Assembly: GCA_020721905.1 (NCBI GenBank)
Contig: DYLU01000002.1
Span: 11,314 to 75,313 of the forward strand
Reading direction: 5' to 3'
Origin: Leptospira biflexa
GTDB lineage: Bacteria; Spirochaetota; UBA4802; UB4802
DNA length: 64,000 bases
The translations under genes and the position numbers were made by a program. Below the pieces are notes generated by a model that had not been told where the DNA came from, ran no database searches, and was given only the letters and a program-made list of their open reading frames with translations. Below are positions 9,123-18,596 of this stretch, piece by piece (the stretch's first letter is position 1; each line of letters starts with the position of its first letter).

Positions 9123-10745
9123 TTACTTTTTCCTGCTTAATGTATTAATAAACATCTGATGGCCTATCTGTAATACATTTTGCATAATCCAGTACAACAC
9201 CAGCCCTGAAGGCATATTCCAGAAGATAACAATAAATATTAGCGGCATGAGCATCAACATCTTCTGTTGCTGGGTGGCTTCACCTGAAGACATCTTCTGC
9301 TGCAGATATGTTGTACCTGTCATAATCAGAGGCAATATATTAATATTAAACCCTGCTATCCTGTAAATTGTATCAGGCAATGACAGATCCTTTATCCACA
9401 GAATAAAAGGTGCCTGCCATAAATCTACAGAGTTCACCAACGCACTATAGAGAGCAAAAAAGAAAGGCATCTGCAAAAGCAACGGTAAACACCCGCCCAT
9501 TGGATTCACTTTATTTTTTTTGTATACTTCCATAATCTTTTTATTTAAAACATCAGGCTTATCTTTATACTTTTCACGCAATTCCTGAATTACAGGATTC
9601 AATTCCTGCATTTTCTTCATGGATTCCGTGGAGCGTTGCGTCAGTGGTAAAAACATTATTTTTGTAATAACTGAAAAAATTACCAGTGACCACCCTAAAT
9701 TCCCTACCAGCCTGTTTATTTCAAGCAGGCACCACATCATAAAGTCCCTGATAGGTTCAATCCACTTGCTGACATCTGCAGCATCACCAATGTGCTTATC
9801 AACAGCCAGTAGTTTATCTTTATTCTTTGGACCAACATATACTTTAAAATCATGTGTGATCGTTTCACCGGGTTTCAGTGGTTTGATTGGTACCACAATA
9901 CCCGTCCTGAAGCCAGACTGTTCCCTGTTATCATACACCACACCTGAACCTGCAAAACCCTGTGGTATCATAATTAAAAGATAGTACCTGCTCATTATGC
10001 CAGCCCATTGTACCACACCGTTTTCACGTTTAAGGTCTTCCGGTGTAGAAAAGAATCCGCCACCCTTTCGTGCTTTTTCAAAACTGTCATCTATATAATA
10101 AATACTGTATAACTCATTATATGAATTATCAAAATCCATTGATGGCCCTAAAAAATCAGACGGGGAAAATATTACACCCCCTTCAGGAAATGTAAATTCG
10201 TTTTGCCCTTTATTTGTGATAGCATACGATACAACAAAATATTGTCCTGTTTCGTTATACGTAAATTTCTTTGAAATTTCCAGTCGATTTTTTTGTACGA
10301 TAGCAACTGTGGAAAAGTGCACTGCCGATCCATCTTTTTGCATTTTCCATAATACTGGCGGTATATCCTTTGCATGCAAAAATTCCCCCGTTGAAAAATG
10401 AACAGGGAAATCAAAAAATCCTTTTGCATCAAATTTTGATTGAGTTACAATTAATTCAATCTTTCTTACTTTATCAATAAACGATGTACATTGCCCATCT
10501 TCATTGGAAAGTACTGCTGTATAGTATTTTGCATCAATAGTAACATCTTCCTTTTTTGAAGATGCTTGCTGAAGTTTTGAAACGACAGAAATTTCAGGTT
10601 TTTGTATTTCTTCAGTTTGCACTGTTTCAGGTTCAGCACTTTTTTCCGGGATTGGGGCTGTTTTTTCCTGTGGTTGAAAGAAATAAAACCACAGTATCCA
10701 TATTCCCAGTGATAATAACACAGCAATCAAAGCCCTTTTTTCCAT
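9123..10745 (-). CDS. yidC: membrane protein insertase YidC
   Basis: N-terminal TM segment, large periplasmic domain, and the conserved C-terminal core NPMGGCLPLLLQMPFFFALY. It sits between yidD and jag. Confidence 0.93.
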   Translation of the reverse strand: MEKRALIAVLLSLGIWILWFYFFQPQEKTAPIPEKSAEPETVQTEEIQKPEISVVSKLQQASSKKEDVTIDAKYYTAVLSNEDGQCTSFIDKVRKIELIVTQSKFDAKGFFDFPVHFSTGEFLHAKDIPPVLWKMQKDGSAVHFSTVAIVQKNRLEISKKFTYNETGQYFVVSYAITNKGQNEFTFPEGGVIFSPSDFLGPSMDFDNSYNELYSIYYIDDSFEKARKGGGFFSTPEDLKRENGVVQWAGIMSRYYLLIMIPQGFAGSGVVYDNREQSGFRTGIVVPIKPLKPGETITHDFKVYVGPKNKDKLLAVDKHIGDAADVSKWIEPIRDFMMWCLLEINRLVGNLGWSLVIFSVITKIMFLPLTQRSTESMKKMQELNPVIQELREKYKDKPDVLNKKIMEVYKKNKVNPMGGCLPLLLQMPFFFALYSALVNSVDLWQAPFILWIKDLSLPDTIYRIAGFNINILPLIMTGTTYLQQKMSSGEATQQQKMLMLMPLIFIVIFWNMPSGLVLYWIMQNVLQIGHQMFINTLSRKK

Positions 10746-10860
10746 GACAACCTCTTGATAAATTTTTTACTCAAATACAACAATATCACATATGTATACT
10801 ATCATACCGTGGAAAGGAGATAACAGGAAGGGAATATTTTTCCGTACTTAAAAATGATCA

Positions 10861-11082
10861 TCAGGGGACAGGGTCATACCCACCATCACAAAATGGATGA
10901 CAGCGAAGAATCCTTTTAACAGATAAAAAACCACCTTTCAAAAGACCATGTTTTGTCAATGCCTCAATTGCATATTGAGAACACGTTGGATAAAATCTGC
11001 ATGCATTGGGTAATACTGGTGAAATCACAAGTTTATATAATTTTATTAAAACTACCGGTATGGTAACAATATTTATCTTCAC
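10861..11082 (-). CDS. yidD: membrane protein insertion efficiency factor YidD
   Basis: 73 aa with [11 protein letters not shown]...HGLLKG...RILRCHPF. A 4-nt overlap links it to the rnpA stop. Confidence 0.9.
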   Translation of the reverse strand: MKINIVTIPVVLIKLYKLVISPVLPNACRFYPTCSQYAIEALTKHGLLKGGFLSVKRILRCHPFCDGGYDPVP

Positions 11083-11444
11083 TGTTTTAGTACTCCTGAT
11101 TTAAACAATACTTGTTTAACTGACACAACAAGATGATTATATCCCATAGCCTTACAGGTGGTATCCGGGAATATAATAACAGCAAAACCCTGCCGTATTT
11201 GGGGCATCAGAGCTAATAAAATAGAACGAATTTGCCTTTTAATTCTATTCCGTTCAACTGCATTCCCGTAGTTTTTGTTAACCACTATGGCAAAACAAGA
11301 TTGTAATGTGTTGCTCAAATACCCTCCTGCCTGTAATGGCTTCATATATACTATCATCTTCACTCCTTTGCCATATACCCTCTTACCGTTAACAATAGCT
11401 TCTTTAAATTTCTTCAGCCCCTTTAATGAATATCTCCTTTTCAC
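11079..11444 (-). CDS. rnpA: ribonuclease P protein component
   Basis: 121-aa basic protein with the RNR-type motif [12 protein letters not shown], immediately downstream of rpmH. Confidence 0.88.
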   Translation of the reverse strand: MKRRYSLKGLKKFKEAIVNGKRVYGKGVKMIVYMKPLQAGGYLSNTLQSCFAIVVNKNYGNAVERNRIKRQIRSILLALMPQIRQGFAVIIFPDTTCKAMGYNHLVVSVKQVLFKSGVLKQ

Positions 11445-11466
11445 GGAATAATGATATTAACAAGAA

Positions 11467-11625
11467 TTACTTAGAATTTCGCTTTTCGTCAGAAACAGTT
11501 AATTTGTATCTACCCTTTTGTCTTCTCCTGCGCAATACTTCCTGACCTGCTCTTGTACTCATTCGTGCCCTGAATCCGTGTGTCCGTAATCGTTTGATTA
11601 CTCCTGGTTGAAATGTTCTTTTCAT
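11467..11625 (-). CDS. rpmH: 50S ribosomal protein L34
   Basis: My translation of the minus strand is [58 protein letters not shown] lies upstream. The ORF track missed it; it lists a wrong-frame ORF at 11510-11758 instead. Confidence 0.92.
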   Translation of the reverse strand: MKRTFQPGVIKRLRTHGFRARMSTRAGQEVLRRRRQKGRYKLTVSDEKRNSK

Positions 11626-11797
11626 CATCCCACCTCATTATTAAGAATATTAGTTCAAAGTAGAAAAAATCGTATATAATTACAATAAAAGATATAAAAT
11701 GTTTAGCTATGTTACACGTATTTTTACAATAGCACAACTTTTTTTTAATACACAACAAAAATGCTATTTTAAACGTATTGTGTTTTGTGTCAAGAAT

Positions 11798-12607
11798 TTA
11801 TTGAGGCTTTTTTGATGCAATCACCAGTATAGTGTCAGAAAAACACAGTAAGTTAGCAAGAGTATTATATAATTTTTTATATTTTTGGGCGATAGTTCCA
11901 AAACGTTCAGGATGGTAACCTGAAGGAAAACATCTGATATTAGAAAATCCAATTTGCTGCAAAAGTTTTTTAATACTCCATGGTGCCACATCGATACGGT
12001 GATCCTGTGGATGAGACCTTACCCACTCTTTCCTGTGGCAATAAAATAATGGCCCAAAATACGACGGCAACGTACAGGCAAAAATGCCATAAACTTCAAG
12101 CATCTCATATATTTTGACAAACATAGCATACGGGTCACTAAAATGTTCAAGTACAAACCATGCGGTTATCACATCGTATTTCCTTACAGGAATAAAATCT
12201 TCAAATCCTGTACTATGAACCGGGATATTATATTTGTGTCTGCAATAGCTTGCAGCATATTCTGATATTTCCAGTCCTTCAACCTCGCCAAATCCTGTAT
12301 CTCTGGCAGCCTTGCAAAAAAAACCTAAAGCACATCCAATATCAAGAAGGCTTTTTGAAGAAAGGTTTTCCCTCAAATATTTTTTTATTATTGAAAGCCT
12401 GAAAAGGGATGCAGTATATATTGACTCAAAATCATCTTCATATGTCTTGCCATACTGTGCTTGATATTCCTGGCCAAAGTAATCAGTAGAGTATATTGCT
12501 GGCAAATGACTGGCATTATAAATAATGCGACACCTTGGGCATAGTAACAGATTCTCTGAAATTTTTCTATATTTTGATGATGTGCAGACAGGGCATTTAG
12601 ATGTCAT
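11798..12607 (-). CDS. class I SAM-dependent methyltransferase with N-terminal Zn-ribbon
   Basis: CPVC...CPRC ribbon at the N-terminus and SAM motif I LLDIGCALGFF. The start overlaps the upstream stop as ATGA. Confidence 0.8.
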   Translation of the reverse strand: MTSKCPVCTSSKYRKISENLLLCPRCRIIYNASHLPAIYSTDYFGQEYQAQYGKTYEDDFESIYTASLFRLSIIKKYLRENLSSKSLLDIGCALGFFCKAARDTGFGEVEGLEISEYAASYCRHKYNIPVHSTGFEDFIPVRKYDVITAWFVLEHFSDPYAMFVKIYEMLEVYGIFACTLPSYFGPLFYCHRKEWVRSHPQDHRIDVAPWSIKKLLQQIGFSNIRCFPSGYHPERFGTIAQKYKKLYNTLANLLCFSDTILVIASKKPQ

Positions 12608-13113
12608 TGTTTCTTTTTCTTTTTAGCTGGCTCTACAACAATAGGCACACCTTTTATCCGTGCTTTATCAAGTGACAATAACACCAGTTCTGCATATTGT
12701 TCCGGTATTTCGATAAATGAATATGTAGAATGTATATCAATCTTGCCAACGAGCTTCCCATCAATACCTGAACGTTTTGATATTTCCCTGATGAGGTCGC
12801 CGGGTGTTATCTTATGATTTTTACCAATGTTAATAAAAATTCTTGCCTTACCATCCTTAATATCTTCAAAGATAATAGTACCATCAGATGTTTTTGTAAA
12901 ATTTAATGCGGCAACCTCCGCCATATCAAGCTTTGAGATGTCCCCAATACATTCCTTCAGTAAGGCAGCAGTTATCCGTTTTGTTGATCCAAACCATGGT
13001 AAATGTTTTCTCATTGCTTTTACCAAAGCAAAATATGGTGTAAGATCTTCATGTAAGGCTGATTCCAGTATTTTTTCAATCTTTTTTAACTGATTCATGA
13101 CAGCTTCACTCAA
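12604..13113 (-). CDS. stand-alone DbpA/DeaD-type C-terminal RNA-binding domain protein (no helicase core)
   Basis: FINIGKNHKITPGDLIREISKRSGIDGKLVGKIDIHSTYSFIEIPEQYAE matches the DbpA RBD pattern, and the tail is Lys-rich. The start is ambiguous: TTG 13113 or ATG 13098. Confidence 0.65.
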   Translation of the reverse strand: MSEAVMNQLKKIEKILESALHEDLTPYFALVKAMRKHLPWFGSTKRITAALLKECIGDISKLDMAEVAALNFTKTSDGTIIFEDIKDGKARIFINIGKNHKITPGDLIREISKRSGIDGKLVGKIDIHSTYSFIEIPEQYAELVLLSLDKARIKGVPIVVEPAKKKKKQ

Positions 13114-13190
13114 TCCTTTCTACGTTATAAATAATAGATATTTTTCACATTAATTAGGGAATTTATATATTGGCAAGCATATTTCTACAA

Positions 13191-13838
13191 TTATTCTTTA
13201 CACTTATACCCAACATTTCGTATGGTTTCTATTATATTATTAAACTCATCCCCCAATTTAATTCTAAGCCTTCTTATATGAACGTCAACCGTACGAGTAC
13301 CCCCAATATACTCAACCCCCCATATTTGTGAAAGTAACTCCTGACGTGTAAAAACTATACCTTTATTTTCCATTAAAAATTTAAGTAATTCAAATTCTTT
13401 ATATGTTAGCAATATATTGTCATTGTTTACTGTTACCGAATACTTTTCAGGCTCTATGGTAATATTGCCAACTTTGATAACCGAATCCTTTAATTCAATT
13501 TCAGCACCTATCAGACGATCAATACGCGCTTTTAATTCACCTTTTCTGAAAGGGAACACAATAAAATCATCAAAAAACCAGTCCCTGTTTACTGATTCTA
13601 AATATCCAGCCCGTACAATAAGTATGACTGGCAATCGCTGAAAACGCTTTCGAAGCTTTGAAAGATAAAACTGTGTATCGCTGATATCAATTTGCTCAGT
13701 ATCAAATAATGCTATATCAAATCCTTCATCCTTTAGAGTATTAATAGTACCATGAACACTTACATCTAAAATCTGAAGCATTCTTACTTCAAGAACCAAT
13801 TCCTTATTTTGTGTAATGAGTGCCGTTTTAATTTTCAT
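13191..13838 (-). CDS. OmpR/PhoB-type winged-helix regulator with degenerate (pseudo-)receiver domain
   Basis: The C-terminus LTYKEFELLKFLMENKGIVFTRQELLSQIWG...TRTVDVHIRRLRIKL is typical of the family. In the receiver, the DD pocket is replaced by QN (ALITQNKE), the conserved Thr is missing (ILIVRAG) and Lys is replaced by Phe (DDFIVFPF). Confidence 0.8.
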   Translation of the reverse strand: MKIKTALITQNKELVLEVRMLQILDVSVHGTINTLKDEGFDIALFDTEQIDISDTQFYLSKLRKRFQRLPVILIVRAGYLESVNRDWFFDDFIVFPFRKGELKARIDRLIGAEIELKDSVIKVGNITIEPEKYSVTVNNDNILLTYKEFELLKFLMENKGIVFTRQELLSQIWGVEYIGGTRTVDVHIRRLRIKLGDEFNNIIETIRNVGYKCKE

Positions 13839-15001
13839 TTTTTATTAACTAATGTTAAAAAAATATTCATATACCGTTCTGCTACATTTTCGGCATAAAA
13901 GGTTGTAATCTTTTTTTTATTATTTACAGAACAGTATTGATAGAGCTTTTTATCATTATAAAATTTCATAATACTTTCAGCACACTTTTCCACATCACCA
14001 ACATTAATGAGCATTGCATTTTCACCATGGATAAGAAAATCAACCTGCCCCCCATGGTTGGTAGCAACAATAGGCAATCCGCAATACATGGCTTCCATAA
14101 ACACAATGCCAAATCCTTCATGCATTGATGTAAGTACAAACAAATCAGATTGCGATAGATAGGCAAATTTTTTCTCGTCGGCAACAAATCCCATAAACTG
14201 CACTCTATCGTGTAATGACAATTCTTTCACAAGTGATTCTAAGTATTCCCTTTCAGGACCATCTCCCATAATGAGAAGTTTGATGGCAGGATTATCAAAA
14301 AGAGCTATCGCCCTTATAAGAATATCAATTGATTTACGCTTTATCAATCTTCCAATAGTTATACAGATAAAATCTTTTTCATGCAGCCCCAATTTTTTCC
14401 GTGATGTTTTTGGTATTACTGGCGGATGGAATGCTAACGGTATAATCTGAATTTCTTTTTTTGGTGCATAGTATTCTATTGCGTTATTGCGGGTATTTGA
14501 TGATTGTGCCACAATTACATCAGCTCTGTTAAGGAGAAAACGAACAACAGATTTAAAAAATCGACTTCGGTGAGGTGATATTTTTTTACTTGGATCATAA
14601 ATATCACCACCATGCAATGATAAAACATTTGGAATGCCAAATAACTTTGAAATTACATACCCTAGAGGGCCTGATGGAACAACAAAATGCGTATTGATAA
14701 CATCAAACTTATATTTTAAGGCAAGCGATAGTGCCCGTATAAGCCCTGCAGGCAGGTAGCTAAGCATTGAAATAAATGTTGCTGCATCCCTTGATTTTCT
14801 GAAAAAAATCTTTACCCTGTGCACATGAATCCCATTAATATTTTCATAGGAGGGTAACCCTTTAAATGACGAAGTGATGACATGCACATTTGCTGACTTC
14901 ACCCACTCCAATGCCAGGTCATATGTTGCAACACCCCCACCCCCCCCTAATGGAGGAAATTCATAATTTATAATTAATATATTAATCTTTTTTTCTTTCA
15001 T
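13835..15001 (-). CDS. GT4-family glycosyltransferase
   Basis: N-terminal FPPLGGGGG and the C-terminal EGFGIVFMEAMYCGLPIVATNHGG (E-x7-E region). The stop overlaps the regulator start as ATGA. Confidence 0.88.
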   Translation of the reverse strand: MKEKKINILIINYEFPPLGGGGGVATYDLALEWVKSANVHVITSSFKGLPSYENINGIHVHRVKIFFRKSRDAATFISMLSYLPAGLIRALSLALKYKFDVINTHFVVPSGPLGYVISKLFGIPNVLSLHGGDIYDPSKKISPHRSRFFKSVVRFLLNRADVIVAQSSNTRNNAIEYYAPKKEIQIIPLAFHPPVIPKTSRKKLGLHEKDFICITIGRLIKRKSIDILIRAIALFDNPAIKLLIMGDGPEREYLESLVKELSLHDRVQFMGFVADEKKFAYLSQSDLFVLTSMHEGFGIVFMEAMYCGLPIVATNHGGQVDFLIHGENAMLINVGDVEKCAESIMKFYNDKKLYQYCSVNNKKKITTFYAENVAERYMNIFLTLVNKK

Positions 15002-15196
15002 ACAAAATACTCCATCTTTAACAAAAAAGGTTAAGTTTTTCTCACACTAAAACATGCCTTTTATATTTCAAATACTATTTAATCGCGCATAGCTAAAACA
15101 ATCTTCCCCCTGAACAAACTATGCATGCTATAAAAATACATTCTGGAATAAATATCCGATATAAATTAAAAAATAATGTTTTGTTAAAAATAATAT

Positions 15197-15226
15197 TTGC
15201 CAAAATACATTAGAAGAAGGTACTAT
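15197..15226 (+). promoter_or_regulatory. candidate sigma70-type promoter for the lipoprotein/barrel pair
   Basis: TTGCCA, 18-nt spacer, TACTAT, about 85 nt upstream of ATG 15313. Confidence 0.25.
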
Positions 15227-15312
15227 ACTATAAACGCTAATGGGGAAAAATTCTATTTTATTACTAAAGGAAAAGGTTTTATCTTAATACTATCAAAAAA
15301 AGGTGGTGAATT

Positions 15313-15933
15313 ATGAAATTCTTTCAATTTTTAGCTATTATTACCACACTATCTTCATTATTTGCCTGTTCAACTATCGATGTAGCTTCTACCAATAAAC
15401 AGGCAATACAAAAAAGAATGAAGCGGGTTGCAGTATTTCCCTTTGACATAAAAGGTGCCGGCTGGGGAGATGAATTTTCAGATGCTATCTCACATCAATT
15501 TTTTAAAAGCGGAAAAGTTACTACCATTGAACGTGAAGCCATACAAAAAATTCTGCAGGAACAGCAGCTTTCTGCCTCTGGTTTAATTGACGATAAACAG
15601 GCTGTAAAAATTGGTAAATTTTTAGGTGCAGATGTTATCATCATTGGCCGTGGCTCTGCTTTACAGGCATACAGAAACAATAAGTTTGAACCCAACTGTA
15701 TTGATACTTTTACATTAAAAGCCATTAATACTGAAAATGGCGAAATTTTGCTAACCGTTCGCAAAGAACCAGGAAGGGCATGGGACTGGCGTTACAGAGC
15801 AAAGTTTTGCTGTGGATTAACATTAATCTGGAATCTCAATGATATTTTAATAGAGAGTTCACAATATGATGACATTGCAAAACAGATAGTTAAGCAAATC
15901 CTTGGTATTTTACAAGAAGAAAATAAAAGATGA
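15313..15933 (+). CDS. CsgG/LpoB-like lipoprotein (copy A)
   Basis: Lipobox LSSLFAC. The core VAVFPFD...IEREAIQKILQEQQLSASGLIDDKQAVKIGKFLGADVIIIG follows the CsgG-family pattern. It is a clear paralog of 46076-46699. AGGTGG SD. Confidence 0.6.
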   Translation: MKFFQFLAIITTLSSLFACSTIDVASTNKQAIQKRMKRVAVFPFDIKGAGWGDEFSDAISHQFFKSGKVTTIEREAIQKILQEQQLSASGLIDDKQAVKIGKFLGADVIIIGRGSALQAYRNNKFEPNCIDTFTLKAINTENGEILLTVRKEPGRAWDWRYRAKFCCGLTLIWNLNDILIESSQYDDIAKQIVKQILGILQEENKR

Positions 15934-16709
15934 TATTTAAATGTACAACATATACCAGCCTTTTAATCCTGGTTAGTATTGTTGCTTTTTTTTCTTCTGC
16001 CTATTCATCCGAATTTGATGAGCTGGACAAGCCTCCTGAAGGTATACACAAAGATCAGATAATACTTACAGGCTCAGTTTCTATTGGCATTCCTTACGGC
16101 GATCTTATTTCAGCCGAAGAAAAATTTACTAAAACTTCAACCTACACCTTTGAGAATGAAATAACTAAACTTATTTATCTATCACATTTAGCTTTTGGAT
16201 TAACAATGTCAGGAGAATATCTTCCTATCGATTATATTGGTATTCGCTCAAAACTAAGGCGCAGTGTTATAGTTCAGAATACAAATTTTGGCGCTGACTA
16301 TCAATCCTGGAAAAAAACACTGTACAGCGATTATTCTGTTTATTTTGGCCCATCTTTTCATGTTACTAATAGAAAGCCATGGGACATTAGTTTATCACCC
16401 ATGCTTGGCTATGTATTTGCTACTTATAAGCCAACTCCTATAGCCCGCGTACTTATTGATGGGTATATACCACCGCCAACACAACAGTTTTCAAGTATGA
16501 CCTATGGTGTTGATGTTATGCTCAGCATATTTTTCAGCGGGGGGCTTGTTTTCCAGATTGGTGGGGAATGGATACGTAACAATATACTATTTTCATCAAT
16601 ACCAGATGCCGTTAATCCACAAACAAACCAGATTTTTTATACAAAGAAAGATGCCACCATTGATTCCGTTCTTTTCTGTGTTTCAGCAGGTTACGCCTTC
16701 TATAATTAA
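15930..16709 (+). CDS. putative outer-membrane beta-barrel protein
   Basis: Signal peptide (...VAFFSSAYS), alternating-hydrophobicity strands rich in Tyr/Gly, and an aromatic C-terminus AGYAFYN. ATGA overlap with the lipoprotein gene. Confidence 0.5.
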   Translation: MIFKCTTYTSLLILVSIVAFFSSAYSSEFDELDKPPEGIHKDQIILTGSVSIGIPYGDLISAEEKFTKTSTYTFENEITKLIYLSHLAFGLTMSGEYLPIDYIGIRSKLRRSVIVQNTNFGADYQSWKKTLYSDYSVYFGPSFHVTNRKPWDISLSPMLGYVFATYKPTPIARVLIDGYIPPPTQQFSSMTYGVDVMLSIFFSGGLVFQIGGEWIRNNILFSSIPDAVNPQTNQIFYTKKDATIDSVLFCVSAGYAFYN

Positions 16710-16831
16710 TATATTTCAATTGTAATCACACTATGCAAAGATACAAATTCAATTTTCTATACATTAGCTGGACTTTGTCATATAATGCATAGTATTTCTA
16801 TTGTTTGCATCTACAATTATTTACCCGCATC

Positions 16832-17821
16832 TTATTCTATTACAGCATTGCCTGTATTAACAAGCATTGAGACGACACGTGCTGTAGTTAATTTATCCTT
16901 AGTCTTCAACTTTACAGGTAACCGCAAAAACTGATGCATACATCCTCTTCGTCTGTGTTCTAATGGGAAACTTCCATCATCAAATTGCTTCTTTATACAC
17001 TGATTAAATAACCGTATCCTGAACGCTTCAGCTGTATCGTCTAAAAAAAGTGAAAACTGAATGGCATCGATGCTATCATAGTCTAAATAAAATGGGTATC
17101 CCAGCAATTCATGATTATATGCAACTCTGCACCTGCAACCAGCTTCTGTAAATATGGCATCATTGCGGAACATATAGGCGATAGCTCTTTGAAAACTATC
17201 ATTGCAATTCCTGGTATCTATTTTCATCAGGGCTTTTGCACACATGACAGTTGCAACCGCACAACTTGGAGCATCAGTATGCACTAATCCAAGTCCTTTT
17301 CCAGTACGTTTAAAAAGCAAATATTTCAGTGAATCACCAACTGAACCGATTGGGCAATACAGCCAGCCACCATCATCCCTCTGATGAGACAGAATCCATT
17401 CTATACCTTTCTCCACTTCCTTTCCCTGATATCCGCTTTCCAGCAGGTAATACACTAACTGTCCGGTAATACATGCCGTTGAACAGAAAGGTTTCCAGTT
17501 TAAAGTAAATCCGCCATCATCCTGCTGAAATTTTAGTATTTCTTTAAGAATTGAGTACACAATATTATCACTGACATTACATCCACTTTCAACAAATGAT
17601 GAAAAAAACCACATAATCCCAATACCCGGTGCATCAAAATAATCATAGGCTTTTTTATTGAGAGAATGCAAACTGATTGAATTTACTATTACTTTGCTGT
17701 CTTTTTGTACATTATTTTCTTTTAAGGCAGGAATACTTTTTAATAAAAAAAATAATGATACTGCATCATCTGCCAACCATTGGATTACATCACCATTTAA
17801 ATATTTTGATTGAATCTTCAC
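16832..17821 (-). CDS. prenyltransferase/squalene-oxidase-repeat (alpha/alpha-toroid) protein
   Basis: Three QxxDGG-type repeats (QQDDGGFTLNW, HQRDDGGWLY, QFDDGSFPLEH). No signal peptide. GTG start. Confidence 0.65.
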   Translation of the reverse strand: MKIQSKYLNGDVIQWLADDAVSLFFLLKSIPALKENNVQKDSKVIVNSISLHSLNKKAYDYFDAPGIGIMWFFSSFVESGCNVSDNIVYSILKEILKFQQDDGGFTLNWKPFCSTACITGQLVYYLLESGYQGKEVEKGIEWILSHQRDDGGWLYCPIGSVGDSLKYLLFKRTGKGLGLVHTDAPSCAVATVMCAKALMKIDTRNCNDSFQRAIAYMFRNDAIFTEAGCRCRVAYNHELLGYPFYLDYDSIDAIQFSLFLDDTAEAFRIRLFNQCIKKQFDDGSFPLEHRRRGCMHQFLRLPVKLKTKDKLTTARVVSMLVNTGNAVIE

Positions 17822-17836
17822 CTATAGTATAGTTGC

Positions 17837-18565
17837 TTATTTTTTTAAACTGGCAATGCGATTATAATTCTCTACAATGACGGGGTTATCCGGGGCAAGC
17901 TTTCTTGCCTTTTCAATGATTTCAACAGCTTTTTTTACATCACCAGCCTGAACATAACTCATAGCAAGATTATTGCAAATATACGCTGAAGAAGGTGCCA
18001 GTGCATATGCAGCCGAATATGCAGTCTGTGCCTGGGTAATCCTGCCTAAAGCCATAAGCACATTGCCCAATTCATTATATGCATAGTACATCTCTGGATC
18101 AAGTGAAATAGCTTTTTCTAAATACTCTTTAGCCTGCCAGTACGAACCAATTCCTGAATAGGCCAATCCCAGAATATAATATGCAACAGGTTCCTGCTTG
18201 ATCTGCAACGCTTTACGGGCCCACGTCATTGCATCTGTATAGCGCTTATAATCTATATATATGAAAGCAATATCAATGAGAGGATTCACGCTATCTTTTT
18301 GAATTTCTGCACAACGCTTTAAATGTTTTAGAGCCGATTCATAATTACCCTTCCTGCCATGGATATGACCGGCTAAATAGCGAAGATTATAATTTGGTGA
18401 ATTTGTCTCAAAATCTCTTGAAACATCCAGAACCGATGCTACTTCGGCTAATGCATCATCATATTTTCCTTGCTCAAACAGTTTCAAGGCTTTATCATAA
18501 TCTGCATATAGCACCACGGGGATTGTTAGTATAAAAGCATAAAGAAAAAATAATTTAATTTTCAC
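17837..18565 (-). CDS. TPR-repeat protein with signal peptide
   Basis: N-terminal MKIKLFFLYAFILTIPVVLYA and repeated TPR consensus (A..YLEKAISLDP, AY..LG, A...Y..A). GTG start with GGGGGA SD. Confidence 0.75.
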   Translation of the reverse strand: MKIKLFFLYAFILTIPVVLYADYDKALKLFEQGKYDDALAEVASVLDVSRDFETNSPNYNLRYLAGHIHGRKGNYESALKHLKRCAEIQKDSVNPLIDIAFIYIDYKRYTDAMTWARKALQIKQEPVAYYILGLAYSGIGSYWQAKEYLEKAISLDPEMYYAYNELGNVLMALGRITQAQTAYSAAYALAPSSAYICNNLAMSYVQAGDVKKAVEIIEKARKLAPDNPVIVENYNRIASLKK

Positions 18566-18596
18566 GTTTTATCCCCCATAAAATATAATGTATTTA

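Noticed and set aside
11510-11758. 82-aa ORF from the track, overlapping the rpmH locus
   Set aside because: It is in the wrong frame. The same DNA encodes a textbook L34 (MKRTFQP...) at 11467-11625, and the 82-aa product is low-complexity with no SD.
11626-11797. Possible oriC/DnaA-box cluster next to rpmH
   Set aside because: I saw no TTATCCACA-like boxes and no dnaA gene. The neighbouring genes are co-directional, so only an AT-rich promoter region can be claimed.
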